Origin: an uncultured Gemmatimonadales bacterium
GTDB lineage: Bacteria; Gemmatimonadota; Gemmatimonadetes; Longimicrobiales; RSA9
Direction of reading: 5' to 3'
DNA: 64,000 nucleotides
Assembly: GCA_963798085.1 (NCBI GenBank)
Contig: CAWCRS010000009.1
Coordinates: forward strand, 160,001 to 224,000
This document shows positions 31,454 to 42,756 of the stretch, piece by piece. Positions within the stretch are counted from its first letter, which is position 1. The number at the start of each line of letters is the position of its first letter. Position numbers and translations under genes: made by a program. Below the pieces are notes generated by a model, which saw only the letters and a program-made list of their open reading frames with translations, was not told the DNA's origin and did not search any database.

Positions 31454-32395
31454 TCAGTTCGGGTTCCTGCGCGGCCCCGCCGCCGAGGGGGCTGGCGTCG
31501 CAGTGAACGCGCGGCGCAGGCTCGCACCCGCGAGTCCCCCAAGATACGCGGCGTGCGCCGCCACGGTCAGCACCATCAGTGCGGCGCCGCGCCGACGGGG
31601 ACGATGCTGCCACGCGTAGCGCAGCGAGCCCATGTAGAACGCGGGGTCGACGCGGACCGGGCTGCCGTCATGGCGGCGAGCGGCGCGGAAATTCTGCGCG
31701 CCCCGGCCATACGCGAAATGCTGGCGCAGGAACGAGGTCGCCCGCAGACGGTGCGCGTGGTACACGAGCGCCAGGGGCTCGCTGCGGGAAGGCCGGCCCT
31801 GCGCGTGCCAGCGCGCACAGAATTCGCGGTCCTCGCCGGCCTTGACGCCGAAGCCGGCATCGAAGCCGCCCGCGGCCCGGAACGCGGCCGTCCCTAACGC
31901 AATGTTATTGGAAGTGAAGAAGCGGTCGCGCGCGCCCTGTCCGTCGAAGTAGCGGGCCGTGTATGCCGCCAGGGCCTGGCTCGCTTCGCTGAAGAGATTG
32001 GCCCCCAGTGCGTTGCGCACCGTGCCGCCGATCAGCGCGTCCGGCGAAGTCGCGAGCGCTCCCTCGAGCACGAGCAGCCAGTCGGCGGCGGGCGCGCAAT
32101 CGTCGTCCGTGAAGGCCAGCCATTTTCCCCGCGCGTTCGCGGCGCCGTGATTCCTCGCCGCCGCCGGTCCGGCGTGCGACTGCGTCAGGATACGCACGAC
32201 CAGCGCATTGCCGCGGGCCACGCCTTCGGGCACACGGTCGAGTGGCGCCTCGCCACCGTCGTTCACGACGACGATTTCGAAGCCGCCGGCAGGCGGCTGC
32301 AGTGCGCCGAGCGCGGCCAGGCACTCGGCCAGGCGGGCGGGTCGGTTCCACGTGGGCACCACGACCGACCATGCGGGCGAGGGCTGGTGGCTCAT
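31454..32395 (-). CDS. Glycosyltransferase family 2
   Basis: SVVVPTWNR, VVNDGG, GPAAARN, AFTDDDC, GGFD, GEDRE. Confidence 0.92.
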   Translation of the reverse strand: MSHQPSPAWSVVVPTWNRPARLAECLAALGALQPPAGGFEIVVVNDGGEAPLDRVPEGVARGNALVVRILTQSHAGPAAARNHGAANARGKWLAFTDDDCAPAADWLLVLEGALATSPDALIGGTVRNALGANLFSEASQALAAYTARYFDGQGARDRFFTSNNIALGTAAFRAAGGFDAGFGVKAGEDREFCARWHAQGRPSRSEPLALVYHAHRLRATSFLRQHFAYGRGAQNFRAARRHDGSPVRVDPAFYMGSLRYAWQHRPRRRGAALMVLTVAAHAAYLGGLAGASLRRAFTATPAPSAAGPRRNPN

Positions 32396-33931
32396 GCGGC
32401 GGATCGGCGAACGGAGCGGAACGCGGACGCGACCCAGCGCTGGAAACGCTGTCGTTCGGCGGGGGTCGGCTCACCCGAGAACGCGAGCGCAGCCAGCGTC
32501 GAAATGCCCAGCGCAGCAATGCCCAGGAGTCCGGCGATGCCCGGTGCGGGCAGCAGTGTGGCTCCCGCAGCGAAAGCCGCCGTGCCCAGCAGGACGGTAC
32601 GTGCCAGCGTGCCCAGCGGGAAGCGCGCGCCCGTTAGCCTGTGCGCGGCCCCACACGCTCCGGCTGCGGCGGCAATCGCGGTGCCGGCCGTGACGAGCGC
32701 CGCGCCGAGCGCGCCGGCGCGCGGCACGGCCAGCAGATAACCCAGTGTTGCGACGGGCAGCATGGGCAGGCTGAACGCAATGGTCCAGCGTGGCCGGCCG
32801 GCCGCGACCAGGATGCCGCTGGCGAGGGAGAGCAGCAGCGTGCCCACAGCGCCCAGCACGAGCGCGGCGAAGAGAGGCGAAGTCCGGCGGTAGGCGGGGC
32901 CGAACAGCGACTCGACCAGCACCGGCGAAGCGCCCGCGGCGAGCCCGGCGGCCGGCAGCAGCAGGAGTCCGAATGCGCAGCGCGCCCGTCGCGGTGGCCT
33001 GCGCACCGGCACGGTCGCCCGCGGCCAGGCGATAGCTCAGCGCCGCAATGAGTGCCGGTACGAAGGCGCTGCCCAGCAGTCCCGGCCCCAGCGCGAGGTT
33101 CTGCGCCACACCATAGGCGGCCACGGTATCCAGCGGCGTTCCTAACAGCCTGATAGCGAAGAGATCGAGACGGTCGAACAGGCGCAGGCTGATGGCGGAG
33201 ACGGCGAGGGGCGCGGCAAAGGAGAGCAGACGCCGCATGGCGGCCGGGCTCACCGCGCCCCCGGCAATGCCGCCACCCACCCGCCAGCGCGCGACACCCA
33301 GCTCGACCGTCGTCGCGGCAACGATCAGCGCGGCCAGCGCGGTGAGCGGGAAGCCGAGCAGCGCGCCGCCGGCGACGAGCAGCAGGCGAGCGCACCAGCG
33401 CGTGGCCGCGACCGCCGCGCGCTCGCCATGCCGGCCTCGCCCGATGAGCACTGCTCGCCATGCCTGCGCAGCCGTGAACAGCGGGATCTCGAGTGACAGC
33501 ACACGCAGCAAAGGCGCAAGTGCGGGAACGCGCATGAGCGAGGCCGCGGGATCGGCCAGGGCAAAGACAATGATGCCGAACAGCAGGCCGGCGCCCACGT
33601 AGCAGCGAACCACCGCGCGAGCCACGCCTCGCCAGTCGGCCGGCTCGGCAACGAGCTTGTACGCCGCGCGCGAGAACAGCGAGACCACCGACCATTCCAG
33701 CCACGCAATGGCGGCCATGCCCAGAGCGAGTGCGCCGTAATCGCCTGTTCTGAGGTGCCGCGTGAGCAGGATGGTGGTGATCAATCCGGCGGGGAACGCG
33801 AGCGCCTCGGCCGCAGTCACCATGACGGTGCCACGCGCCAGGCCAATGTGCGGCCCCGGGCTCGAGGGTGGCGCATGCAATGCGGCCGGGATCGTGGACT
33901 CTTCGTCGTCGGCTACGCGGGGGCGGGTCAC
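32392..33931 (-). CDS. Oligosaccharide flippase (Wzx/MATE-like; frameshift near 32975)
   Basis: LTRHL...YG, LLSFAAPL...RLDLF, AAYGVAQ, LFGPAY, GALGAA; GTGA overlap with upstream gene. Confidence 0.82.
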
Positions 33932-35028
33932 GGGCCGCTCTCCTGCAGGCTCGCGTGTCTCGAGGGCGAAGTGGGCGGGCGGGCGTCGACGACTTCGCGC
34001 CGACCGCTGCGCGCGGAACGCTCGGCGGCAGCGATCACGGCAAGACAGGCGAGGCCCGCATCGAGATCGGCGGCATCGGCATCCAGCCGGCGCGAGCGTA
34101 CCGCGGCGACGAAGCGATCCAGCGCGATGGCGTAGCCGGGCTCGCGCAGCGGGGAGCGCCGTGCCCGCCACGCGGCAGGCAACTGCCGCAGCGCGCCCAC
34201 GCGGCGCAGCATGCGAGCGGCGGCACCGCCGCCCTCGCCCGGGTTGTCGACAATGGCGACGTCCAGCGAAGTGAAGCGCGACACGGCGAGGCGTGCGCGC
34301 TCCCCGAACACCTCGATCTGGTCGTGTTCGGCGGCGGCCAGCGAGAAGAAGCCCTGCACGCGCGGGCCCTCCTCCAGCTCCAGCTCGACTAACACGGTAT
34401 CATCTTCGGTGCGGCGTGACTCGATCGTGGCCTGCACGGCCACCACCTCGCGGCCGAAGAGAAAGCGCATCAGGTCAATGCGGTGCGAGCCCAGGTCGAG
34501 CAGCGCACCGCCACCCGTGGCGCGCCGGCGCTTCCAGTCCGGCACGGCCGCCGCGCCGACGCTGAAGACGGTGCGCGCAAACACGGGATTGCCGGCGCGG
34601 CCGGAGCGCAGCAGATCGCGCAGCCGGCAATGCAGCGGATTGAACCGCTCGTTGAAACCCATCATGCCAATGCGCCCGCTGGCCCGCCATGCATCCAGCA
34701 CGGGCGCAGCCTCTGTCAACCCGGCTGTCAGCGGCTTCTCCAGGTACAGATCGCAGCCGGCGTGGAGGACCGCGCTCGCCGCAAGCGCGTGTTCCGCTGT
34801 GGGCAGCGCGACGATCACCGCATCCGGGCGCGACTCGGCGAGCATGTCCGCAATGGTGGCGTACGGTCGTGCGCCGCGTACCCGCGTGCTCGCTTCGGAC
34901 AGCGCATCAATGTCCGCGTCGACCAGCGCGTGGATCGCGACATCAGGCCGGGCCGCGAGCAACGGAAGGTGAACCTGCCGCGCGATCGCGCCGCAGCCCG
35001 CAATGCCGACCTTCAGGCGATCCGTCAT
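33928..35028 (-). CDS. Gfo/Idh/MocA family oxidoreductase
   Basis: GIAGCGAIA, LYLEKPL, GFNERF, GGGALLDLGSHRIDL. Confidence 0.92.
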   Translation of the reverse strand: MTDRLKVGIAGCGAIARQVHLPLLAARPDVAIHALVDADIDALSEASTRVRGARPYATIADMLAESRPDAVIVALPTAEHALAASAVLHAGCDLYLEKPLTAGLTEAAPVLDAWRASGRIGMMGFNERFNPLHCRLRDLLRSGRAGNPVFARTVFSVGAAAVPDWKRRRATGGGALLDLGSHRIDLMRFLFGREVVAVQATIESRRTEDDTVLVELELEEGPRVQGFFSLAAAEHDQIEVFGERARLAVSRFTSLDVAIVDNPGEGGGAAARMLRRVGALRQLPAAWRARRSPLREPGYAIALDRFVAAVRSRRLDADAADLDAGLACLAVIAAAERSARSGRREVVDARPPTSPSRHASLQESGP

Positions 35029-36015
35029 TCAGTTCGACTCGGCCCTGACCGACGTTTCCGGCGTGTGTCGCGGCCGCGAAGGTCGCAGCAGCTCGACCGC
35101 AGCGCCCAGGGCGGTTGCGGCCTGCGCCACCGCGATCAGGAATGCACAGCGCCACGCGGCCGGGTTCCACCAGCGGCGCAGCGGGTGCAGCACGAGTCGC
35201 ATGTAGAACCACGGACCGGGTACGGGATGCTGTACCCGGCGGGCGGCGTGGCGCTGGCGTACACGCAGCAGGCCGCGGCCATAGCGGAAGTGCTGGCGCA
35301 CGAAGCCGCTCAGGGTCAGCTCGTGGTAATGCACGACCGTCGCTTCAGGAACGAACTGCGCGTTACCACCAGACTCCTGCCAGCGCCAGCACAAGTCGTA
35401 ATCTTCGCCGGCTGCATCCGGGAATTCGGGACTGAAGCCGCCAATCGCGTGGAATCCGGCCGCCGGCAGACTCAGGTTGCTCGTGCTGAACAGTCGCGCA
35501 CCGTATCGGCGTGTATGCTCGCTGTACACGAAGTCCATGATCGCGTGCGTCGCAGCCGCGCCATCATTGGCGGGAACGCCGTTGCGCAGGCCGCCGCCGA
35601 GCAGTGCATCGGGCGTCGCCTCGAAACGCGTCTGCAGCCCTTGCAGCCAGTCGGGCGAGGGCTCGCAGTCATCGTCGGTAAAGGCGAGGTAGCGGCCGCT
35701 CGCGGCTTCCGCCGCGAGGTTGCGTGTCGAAGCGGGCCCCGTGTTAGCCTGCCGCACCACACGAACGGACACCGTCCGGTTCAGCTCGGACAGCAGATCG
35801 GCGTGCTGTATCGAAACGGGCATTGCACACCCATCGTCGCCCACGATCACTTCGAAGCTGGCGGGCGAAAGCGTCTGAGCCGCGAGCGCACGCAGACACG
35901 CGGCCAGTGCGTGGGGCCGGCTGAATGTGGGCACGATGGCCGAGAAGATGGGCGCGCCCGGCCGGCCTGCGGACCGTTGTCCGGTGGGCGCGAGAACAGT
36001 GCCGGTCCGCGTCAT
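35029..36015 (-). CDS. Glycosyltransferase family 2
   Basis: SAIVPTFSR, GDDG, GPASTRN, AFTDDDC, GGF, GEDYD. Confidence 0.9.
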   Translation of the reverse strand: MTRTGTVLAPTGQRSAGRPGAPIFSAIVPTFSRPHALAACLRALAAQTLSPASFEVIVGDDGCAMPVSIQHADLLSELNRTVSVRVVRQANTGPASTRNLAAEAASGRYLAFTDDDCEPSPDWLQGLQTRFEATPDALLGGGLRNGVPANDGAAATHAIMDFVYSEHTRRYGARLFSTSNLSLPAAGFHAIGGFSPEFPDAAGEDYDLCWRWQESGGNAQFVPEATVVHYHELTLSGFVRQHFRYGRGLLRVRQRHAARRVQHPVPGPWFYMRLVLHPLRRWWNPAAWRCAFLIAVAQAATALGAAVELLRPSRPRHTPETSVRAESN

Positions 36016-36412
36016 TTGCGGGCCCATCGCCACAGGTCCCGGTGCCGCCGTCGGTTCGCCATCGCCGTTCGCACCTCCGTAGCGGAGCCGCCGGTACGCG
36101 AGGGAGCCGCAGCCCGACGTTCGGGAGTAACGCAAGAATAATGGCACCGCAGCAAAGGGCAGGCCGATCGGGCCCGAGCAGGCGCCGGGCACGCCACGGT
36201 CGCCGTATGCAGGCGACGGCGCTGTTTCGGACCGGCCGGTGTCCCCCCGGGCGGCCTCGCCTGCCGGCCCTGGCGGGGCTCCACTGGAACCGGCCCGGGA
36301 ACCGGCCACAACGCGACCGTGGACGCAACCGTGTACTATTCCGGAGTTGGGCGCGTCACGATTTCAGTCGACCGGCGATCTCGAAGGTATCCGGCAACTC
36401 CCTGTTTGCAAG

Positions 36413-38616
36413 ATGAGCCCACTGTCACGGCGTGCGTTCTTCCAGATTGCCGGCACCGGCGGCGCCGTTCTGCTGCTCGGCGTCGTCGCGCGCGACCTGC
36501 ACATCGCGCGCATCACGGGGCGTACCGCGGCGGGGCTCGAGCGTTTCGATTTCGGCGCCTTCCTGCGCATGGATGAAAGCGGTCGCGTCACTGTCTGGAT
36601 CTCGCGTTCGGAGATGGGGCAGGGCGTCAGCACCGCGCTACCCATGCTCGTGGCAGAGGAACTGGAAATCGAGTGGTCCGCCGTGAGCATCGCGTTAGCG
36701 GACCTCGACGCCCGCCTGGGCGAGCAGGGCACGTCGGGCAGCTTCAGCATGCGCACGCTCTGGGAGCCTCTGCGCAAGGCGGGCGCGAGCGCGCGTCAGA
36801 TGCTGATTGCCGCCGCTGCGGCGCGCTGGAACGTTCCGGCGGCGGAGTGTCGCGCGGCAGCAGGGCGTGTGACGCATGAGCCCGGCCGCCGCGCCGCAAC
36901 CTACGGCGAGCTGGTGCGCGAAGCCGCACTGCTGCCGGTGCCGGAAGATGTGCCGCTGAAACCGCCGGAGCAGTATCGCCTGCTCGGTCGACGGCTGCCC
37001 CGCCAGGGAATGCGCGCCATCGTGCGCGGCGCTATGGAGTACGGCATCAATGTGCGCGTGCCCGGCATGCTGTTCGCCAGCGTCGAGCACCCGCCGCAGC
37101 ACGGCGGGCGCATTGCGCATCTCGATGATGCGGCCGCCCTCGCGCTGCGCGGTGTGCGCTCGGTCCTGGTGATCGAGCCGTCTTCGCCGCCGCAACATCG
37201 CTGGGGCGGCGTGGCGGTCGTGGCGGAGAGTACGTGGGCCGCGTTCCAGGGACGCCGGGCGCTGCGCATCGAGTGGACCGCTCCGGCCGGCAGTGCCGGC
37301 GACAGCAGCGCGCAGCTCGATGCGGCGCTGGACCGCGCGCTCCTCGAATCCGGCAGCGTGGTTCGCAGGGAAGGCGATGCCGCGGCTGTGCTCGCGCACC
37401 CGGCGCATTGTGTCGAGGCGACGTACGCACTGCCCTTCCTGGCGCACGCCACGATGGAGCCGATGAACTGCACCGCGCACGTGACCGGCGATCGCTGCGA
37501 GGTGTGGGCGCCGACGCAGTCGCCGGGCGGCGTTGCCGGCAATGTGTCGCGGGCGCTGGGCATTGCGCGCGACCATGTGACCGTGCACGTGGTGCGCATG
37601 GGTGGAGGTTTCGGGCGACGCAGTTTCCCCGACGTTGCCGTCGAAGCCGCCCTGATCTCCCGCCATGCCGACGTGCCGGTGCAGGTCATTGGACACGCGA
37701 GGATGACATGCGCAACGACTACTACCGGCCCGCGAGCCGTCACAGACTGCGGGCGGCAATCGACAATGCGGGTCGCGTGATCGCGTGGGAGCACCGCTTC
37801 GCTTCGACCGCCATTGCCGGGTTCACGGATCCGGGCGGCCCCGCCAATGTGATGGAGCTGGGCGGCGCCGCCGATGTGCCTTTCGCGATTCCCAACGTGC
37901 GCGTCGAGTATCGCGCGGTGCCGTCGGCCATGCCGCGCGGCTGGCTGCGCTCCGTCGAGCACGGGCCCAACGCCTTCGCCGTGCAATCGTTCGTGGGCGA
38001 GCTGGCGGCTGCGACGGGCCGCGATGCGCATGCGCTGTTAGTCGAGCTGATCGGTCCGCCCCGGCTGATCCCGCCGCCGCTGGACGATGGCGGCTACTCG
38101 CTGCCGCTCGACACGGCAAGACTGCGGCGCGTCCTCGATCTCGCCGCGCAACGTGCGGGCTGGGGCTCCACCGTTCCCGCCGGCACGGGCCGCGGCATCG
38201 CCGCGCACTGCTCGCGCAGCTACGCGGCTGCCGTGGTCGATGCCTCCGTCAGCGAATCCGGAATCGTGAAAGTGCAGCGCGTGGTGTGCGCCGTCGACTG
38301 CGGCTTCGTGATCGACCCCGGCGGCGTCGAAGCAAACCTCGAAGGCGGCATCGTGTTCGCGCTCTCGGCCGCACTGGGCGGGCTGATCACGGTGGCGAAC
38401 GGCGAGGTCGAGCAGGGCAACTTCGATCGCTATCCCGTGCTGCGCCTGGCAGACACGCCCTCCATTGAAGTGCACCTGACACCGAGCCAGGATCCGCCAC
38501 TGGGCGTGGGCGAAGCCGCGGTGCCGCCGGTCGCGCCCGCACTGGCCAACGCCATCTTCGCCGCCACCGGCCGGCGGGTCCGACGGCTGCCCATCCTGCC
38601 GGACGATCTGCGCTGA
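36413..38616 (+). CDS. Xanthine dehydrogenase family molybdopterin-binding subunit (IorB-like), Tat-exported; frameshift near 37690
   Basis: SRRAFF Tat motif, [48 protein letters not shown]. Confidence 0.9.
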
Positions 38617-38947
38617 AAGAAACGCAGCTGCGCCGCCATAACAGTCAGTTATAGCAGGCGACTGGCTGGCAGCGTGACGGTGGCGCCGCCGCCGCTCAGC
38701 CCGGACGCCGCGCGTGGCCGGCGATGCGTTCTTTCCCCGCTTCGATACAGGGTTCAAGCTCGGGATCGCCAGTCTTCAGGACGTCGAGGGAATCGGACAA
38801 CCTCCCACGTTCGGCCGAGGAGCGGCAGACCCCGCAGCGCCGCTCGATCGGACCGGGCGCAGGACAAGGGTGAGACCGGGGTCGGGGGCTCGACGGCGCC
38901 AGAGAGTCGCGGTGTTGTGCGACCATTGCACGCTGTGGCGTCTGGCG

Positions 38948-38972
38948 CTATACATGCTCGAAACATGTATAG
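38948..38972. promoter_or_regulatory. Palindromic operator upstream of padR
   Basis: ctatacatg-ctcgaaa-catgtatag, perfect 9-bp AT-rich arms ending 6 bp before the ATG. Confidence 0.7.
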
Positions 38973-38978
38973 GCGGCC

Positions 38979-39340
38979 ATGAACACGAAAACCTCGCGTC
39001 GGGCGCCACTCGCGCCCGCGGATTTCCACGTGCTGCTCGTGCTGCTGGAGGACGAGTTGTACGGCTACGCGATCCGCAAGGCGGTGGCACGCGAGAGCGG
39101 TGGCCGGATCGTCCCCGAGATCGGTTCGCTCTATCGCGTGCTGGCGCGCCTGATGAGTGAGGGGCTGGTGGAGGAGACGTCCCGCACGGGCGGGGGCGCA
39201 GTGCACCCGGTCGGTCGCGGAAGTATTTCCGGCTCACCGCGGCAGGCCGGGTGGCGATCAAGGCGGAAGCGAAGCGTCTGCGCGAGGTGCTGGCGCTGGC
39301 AGAGGCGAGGAACGTGCTGCCGCAGCGTGGTGGCGCGTGA
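38979..39340 (+). CDS. PadR family transcriptional regulator (frameshift near 39209)
   Basis: FHVLLVL...YGYAI...GSLYRVLARL...GLVEE, then RKYFRLTAAGR in the next frame. Confidence 0.85.
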
Positions 39341-42056
39341 GTGGCGGTGGGGGACATGGCGGCCGGGGCGGTGCCGGGCCGGGGTTGCGGACATCAGTGG
39401 CGCTGCTGGCTGTTCCGGAGTGTGCTGCGGCTCGCGCCGGGCCGGTTCCGCGACCGGTTCGGCGCCGCGATGGTGGCGGATTTCCGCGAGCAGCTGGCGG
39501 AATCGTGCGGTCCGGGCCGGCTGTCGTGGGTGCGGGTAACAGCGCGTTCGCTGGCGGATCTGCTGGGGGTGGTAGCGCGGGAGCGAATCGCGCCGGCGGT
39601 CCGCGCGGCCGGCGACCCCCCGATGGAGCGATGGGTGTGGCGCGGCTCGCGGGACGCGCTCGGGCCGGATCTGAGGATCGGGCTGCGGTCGCTCGCCCGC
39701 CGGCCGCGCTTTGTGGCGCTGGTGCTCGCCACGCTGGGTGTGGGGGTGGGTGCTAACACGGCGTTGTTCTCCATGGTGAACGCCGTGCTGCTGCGGCCGC
39801 TGCCGTTGCGCGCGCCGGACCGGCTGGTGTCGGTGTGGCAGGAGGACCTGAGCGCGGCGGCGGCAGCATGGCGGCGCCGGCGAGCCTCGATGCGTGGCGC
39901 GCGCAGGTCGCCTCGTTCGCGGCCGTGGGTGCATACGGGACTCGCCTGGGCTGGACCGTCGTGTCCGGCGGGGACGAGCCCAGGGCACTGAAGACTGCAT
40001 GGGTGACGGGCAATTTCCTTGATGTCCTGGGCGTGGCGGTGTTGCGGGGTCGCACGTTCCACGACGAGGAAACGTGGAGCGACGCGGCGCCCGTCGTGAT
40101 CGTGAGCGACGAGTACCGCGCGCGCCGTTTCGGGCCGGGTGTGGATGTGATCGGCAGGACGATCACGGTGGACGATGCGCAGCGTACGATCGTGGGGGTT
40201 CTGCCGGCGGGCCTGTCGTTCCCCGAGAGCGGGATCGCACTTTGGCTGCCGCTGGGCTGGGACCGGAGGCCGTGGGCGCGGCGTGGTTCCGGCAGGACCG
40301 CTTCGTGAGCGTGGTGGCGCGGCTGCGGCCGGGCGTGAGCCTCGAACGCGCGGCGTTGGAACTGTCGGTCGTGCGTCCGCCCGTCGGGGGGATCGCCTCC
40401 GTGCGCAATCGCATTGCGCCGCTGCAGGCGGCACTGGCCACTGAGGCGAGGACACCACTGCTGCTCCTCTTCGGATTCACGACGCTGCTGCTCGTATTGA
40501 CATGCGCGAATCTCGCCAACCTGATGCTGCTGCGGGCAGCAGAGAGGGCGCACGAGGTCGCGGTGCGCGCAGCGCTGGGTGCGGGGCGGCGTCGCATTCT
40601 GCGCGAGCTGCTGATCGAGACGCTTCTGCTGGCGGCGGGTGGCGGGATCGCGGCACTCGTGGTGGCGCGGATCTCGATCCGCCTGCTGCACCTTCTGCGC
40701 CCGCCTGACGCGTGGCGGCTGCAGGCGGTGCCGCTCGATAGTCACGTGTTAGTATGGGCCTGTGGGGCGACGCTGGGGTGCACCGTCTTCTTCGGGATGC
40801 TGCCTGCCTGGCGAGGCCTCCGTTCCGCGGCCGGTGCGGGCACCAGCCGCATGACGACGGGCCCGCAGGGCCGGCGGGTGGCGCGCATCCTCGTGGGCAG
40901 CGAGATCGCGCTCGCGCTCGTGCTCGCCACCGGCGCCACGCTGCTGCTGCGCAGCTTCGCGGCCCTGACCCGCGTCGACGCCGGCTTCCGGACGACCGAT
41001 CGCTTCGCCGCACAGCTCCTCGTTCCGCTGCGCTACAACTCGGATCCGCAGCAGCTCGCGCTCGCGGAACGCGTCACCGCGTCGCTGGCTGCGCTGCCGG
41101 GCGTGGCCGACGTCACGTACACGAGCCGGCTGCCGTTCACGGGCACGACGATCCTGATGGGCAACGTTGTGGCGGACCCGGCCGAGCCCGGCTCGGCGCC
41201 TGTGCCGGTGGGCGCGCGCACCATTGCGGACGACTATTTCCGCGTGCTGGATGTGCCGGTCGTCGAGGGGCGCGCGTTCTCGACGACCGACGGTCTCGAT
41301 ACCGAGCCAGTCGTCATTGTGAACGAGACGTTCCGGCGACATTACTTCCCGGCCGGACGCGCTGTGGGCGCGCGCATCACATGGGACAAGGATCCGGGCC
41401 CACGCTCCGACTGGTATCGCATCGTCGGCGTCGTGCCGGACCAGCTCCAGCTGGATCCGCGATCCGCCACGCGGCTGGAAGTATTCTTCGCGTTCCGGCA
41501 GAAGCCCGGCCGCTTCCTCAACATGCTGTTGCGGGTTCGTCCGGGTACGCGTTCGCTCGAGCCGGCGATTCGCGAGCGACTGTCCGCGGTCGACCCGGCG
41601 CTGGCCGTCTTTTCGTTCCGTTCGCTGGAATCCGTCCACGCGGAGACGCTGAGCCCCGACCGCTCGCTCACGCTGCTCACTGCGATCTTCGCCAGTGTCG
41701 CGCTCTTCCTCGCCGTGATCGGCATCCATGGCGCCACCGCCGAAACCGTCCGGCGGCGGACGAAAGAGATCGGCATCCGTGTGGCGCTGGGCGCGCAGTC
41801 CCGCGATATCGCCGGGCTCGCGCTGCGCGAGAGCGCACGGCTTGCGGGCATGGGCACGATCGCGGGCCTGGTCCTCGCTCTCGCCGGTTCCCGCATCCTG
41901 GCGAGTGTCCTCTTTGCGGTCGACGTGCACGACATCACGACCTGGATACTGGTGCCCACTGGACTTCTCATCACGGCCATTGCCGCGAGCGGCCGACCCG
42001 CGTTGCAGGCCGCGCGCATTGACCCCCTCGACGCGCTGGGCCGCGACGCAACCTGA
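39341..42056 (+). CDS. ADOP-family duplicated ABC permease (MacB/FtsX domains; frameshifts near 39880 and 40275)
   Basis: DLRIGLRSL, LGVGVGANTALFSMVNAVLLRPLP, CANLANL, EVAVRAALGA, RRTKEIGIRVALGA, AARIDP. Confidence 0.88.
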
Positions 42057-42141
42057 TGTCGCTGGAAACACGGGATTTCAGGCGGCGGCTGGCGCAGCAG
42101 GCCCACCGGGAGTCGCAGCTTCAGCACAGCGTCGCCGACCG

Positions 42142-42756
42142 CTATGCCGGTGCCGTCGGCCGCAGGTCCAGCACTTCGCCGTTGATGTACCCGGCATCGG
42201 GCGACAGCAGGAAACACGCTGTTTGAACGGCGGCTTCGGCAGCCGCCTCGCCATCCTGTGGAACGATCACGGCATTGCAGGTGATGCTGCGCCGGCCGTA
42301 CTCGATGGCGATGGCGCGGGCCAGGCAGACCAGGGCCTCACACAACGATGCGGGGATGGTGGCGGGCTCGCGCGGGCAGCGCACGAACACCAGCAGCCGG
42401 CCGCCTTCACCGCCGGCCATGAACTCGTCGACCACGCGGCGGGCCACGAGGAACGCGGCGCGCAGCGGCGAGGTGAGCGCGGCATGCCACGCGGCAGTGC
42501 AGCCGCCGGTGAGTGATACATCCTTCGCGGACGTGTCGGCGAGGAGGATCATGCCGGCGGGCGTTCCCATCCCGGCGAGCACGTTGTCGAGCGCGTCGTC
42601 GACATTCTGCTCTTCCGACAGATCACGCGTGTGGCGCAGGTTTTCGGTGCGCCAGCCTTCGCGCGCGAGCGCCTCGGTCAACGCGCAGCCCAGGCCGCCG
42701 GCAGCGCCGGTCACGTCTGCGACGACCAGACCGCCGGGCGAAGCCTGCAGCATCAT
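42142..42756 (-). CDS. SDR-fold protein lacking the YxxxK catalytic motif
   Basis: VTGAAGGLG, AIEYGRRSITCNAV, FLLSPDAGYINGEVL; no YxxxK; ATGA-coupled to fabD. Confidence 0.75.
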   Translation of the reverse strand: MMLQASPGGLVVADVTGAAGGLGCALTEALAREGWRTENLRHTRDLSEEQNVDDALDNVLAGMGTPAGMILLADTSAKDVSLTGGCTAAWHAALTSPLRAAFLVARRVVDEFMAGGEGGRLLVFVRCPREPATIPASLCEALVCLARAIAIEYGRRSITCNAVIVPQDGEAAAEAAVQTACFLLSPDAGYINGEVLDLRPTAPA

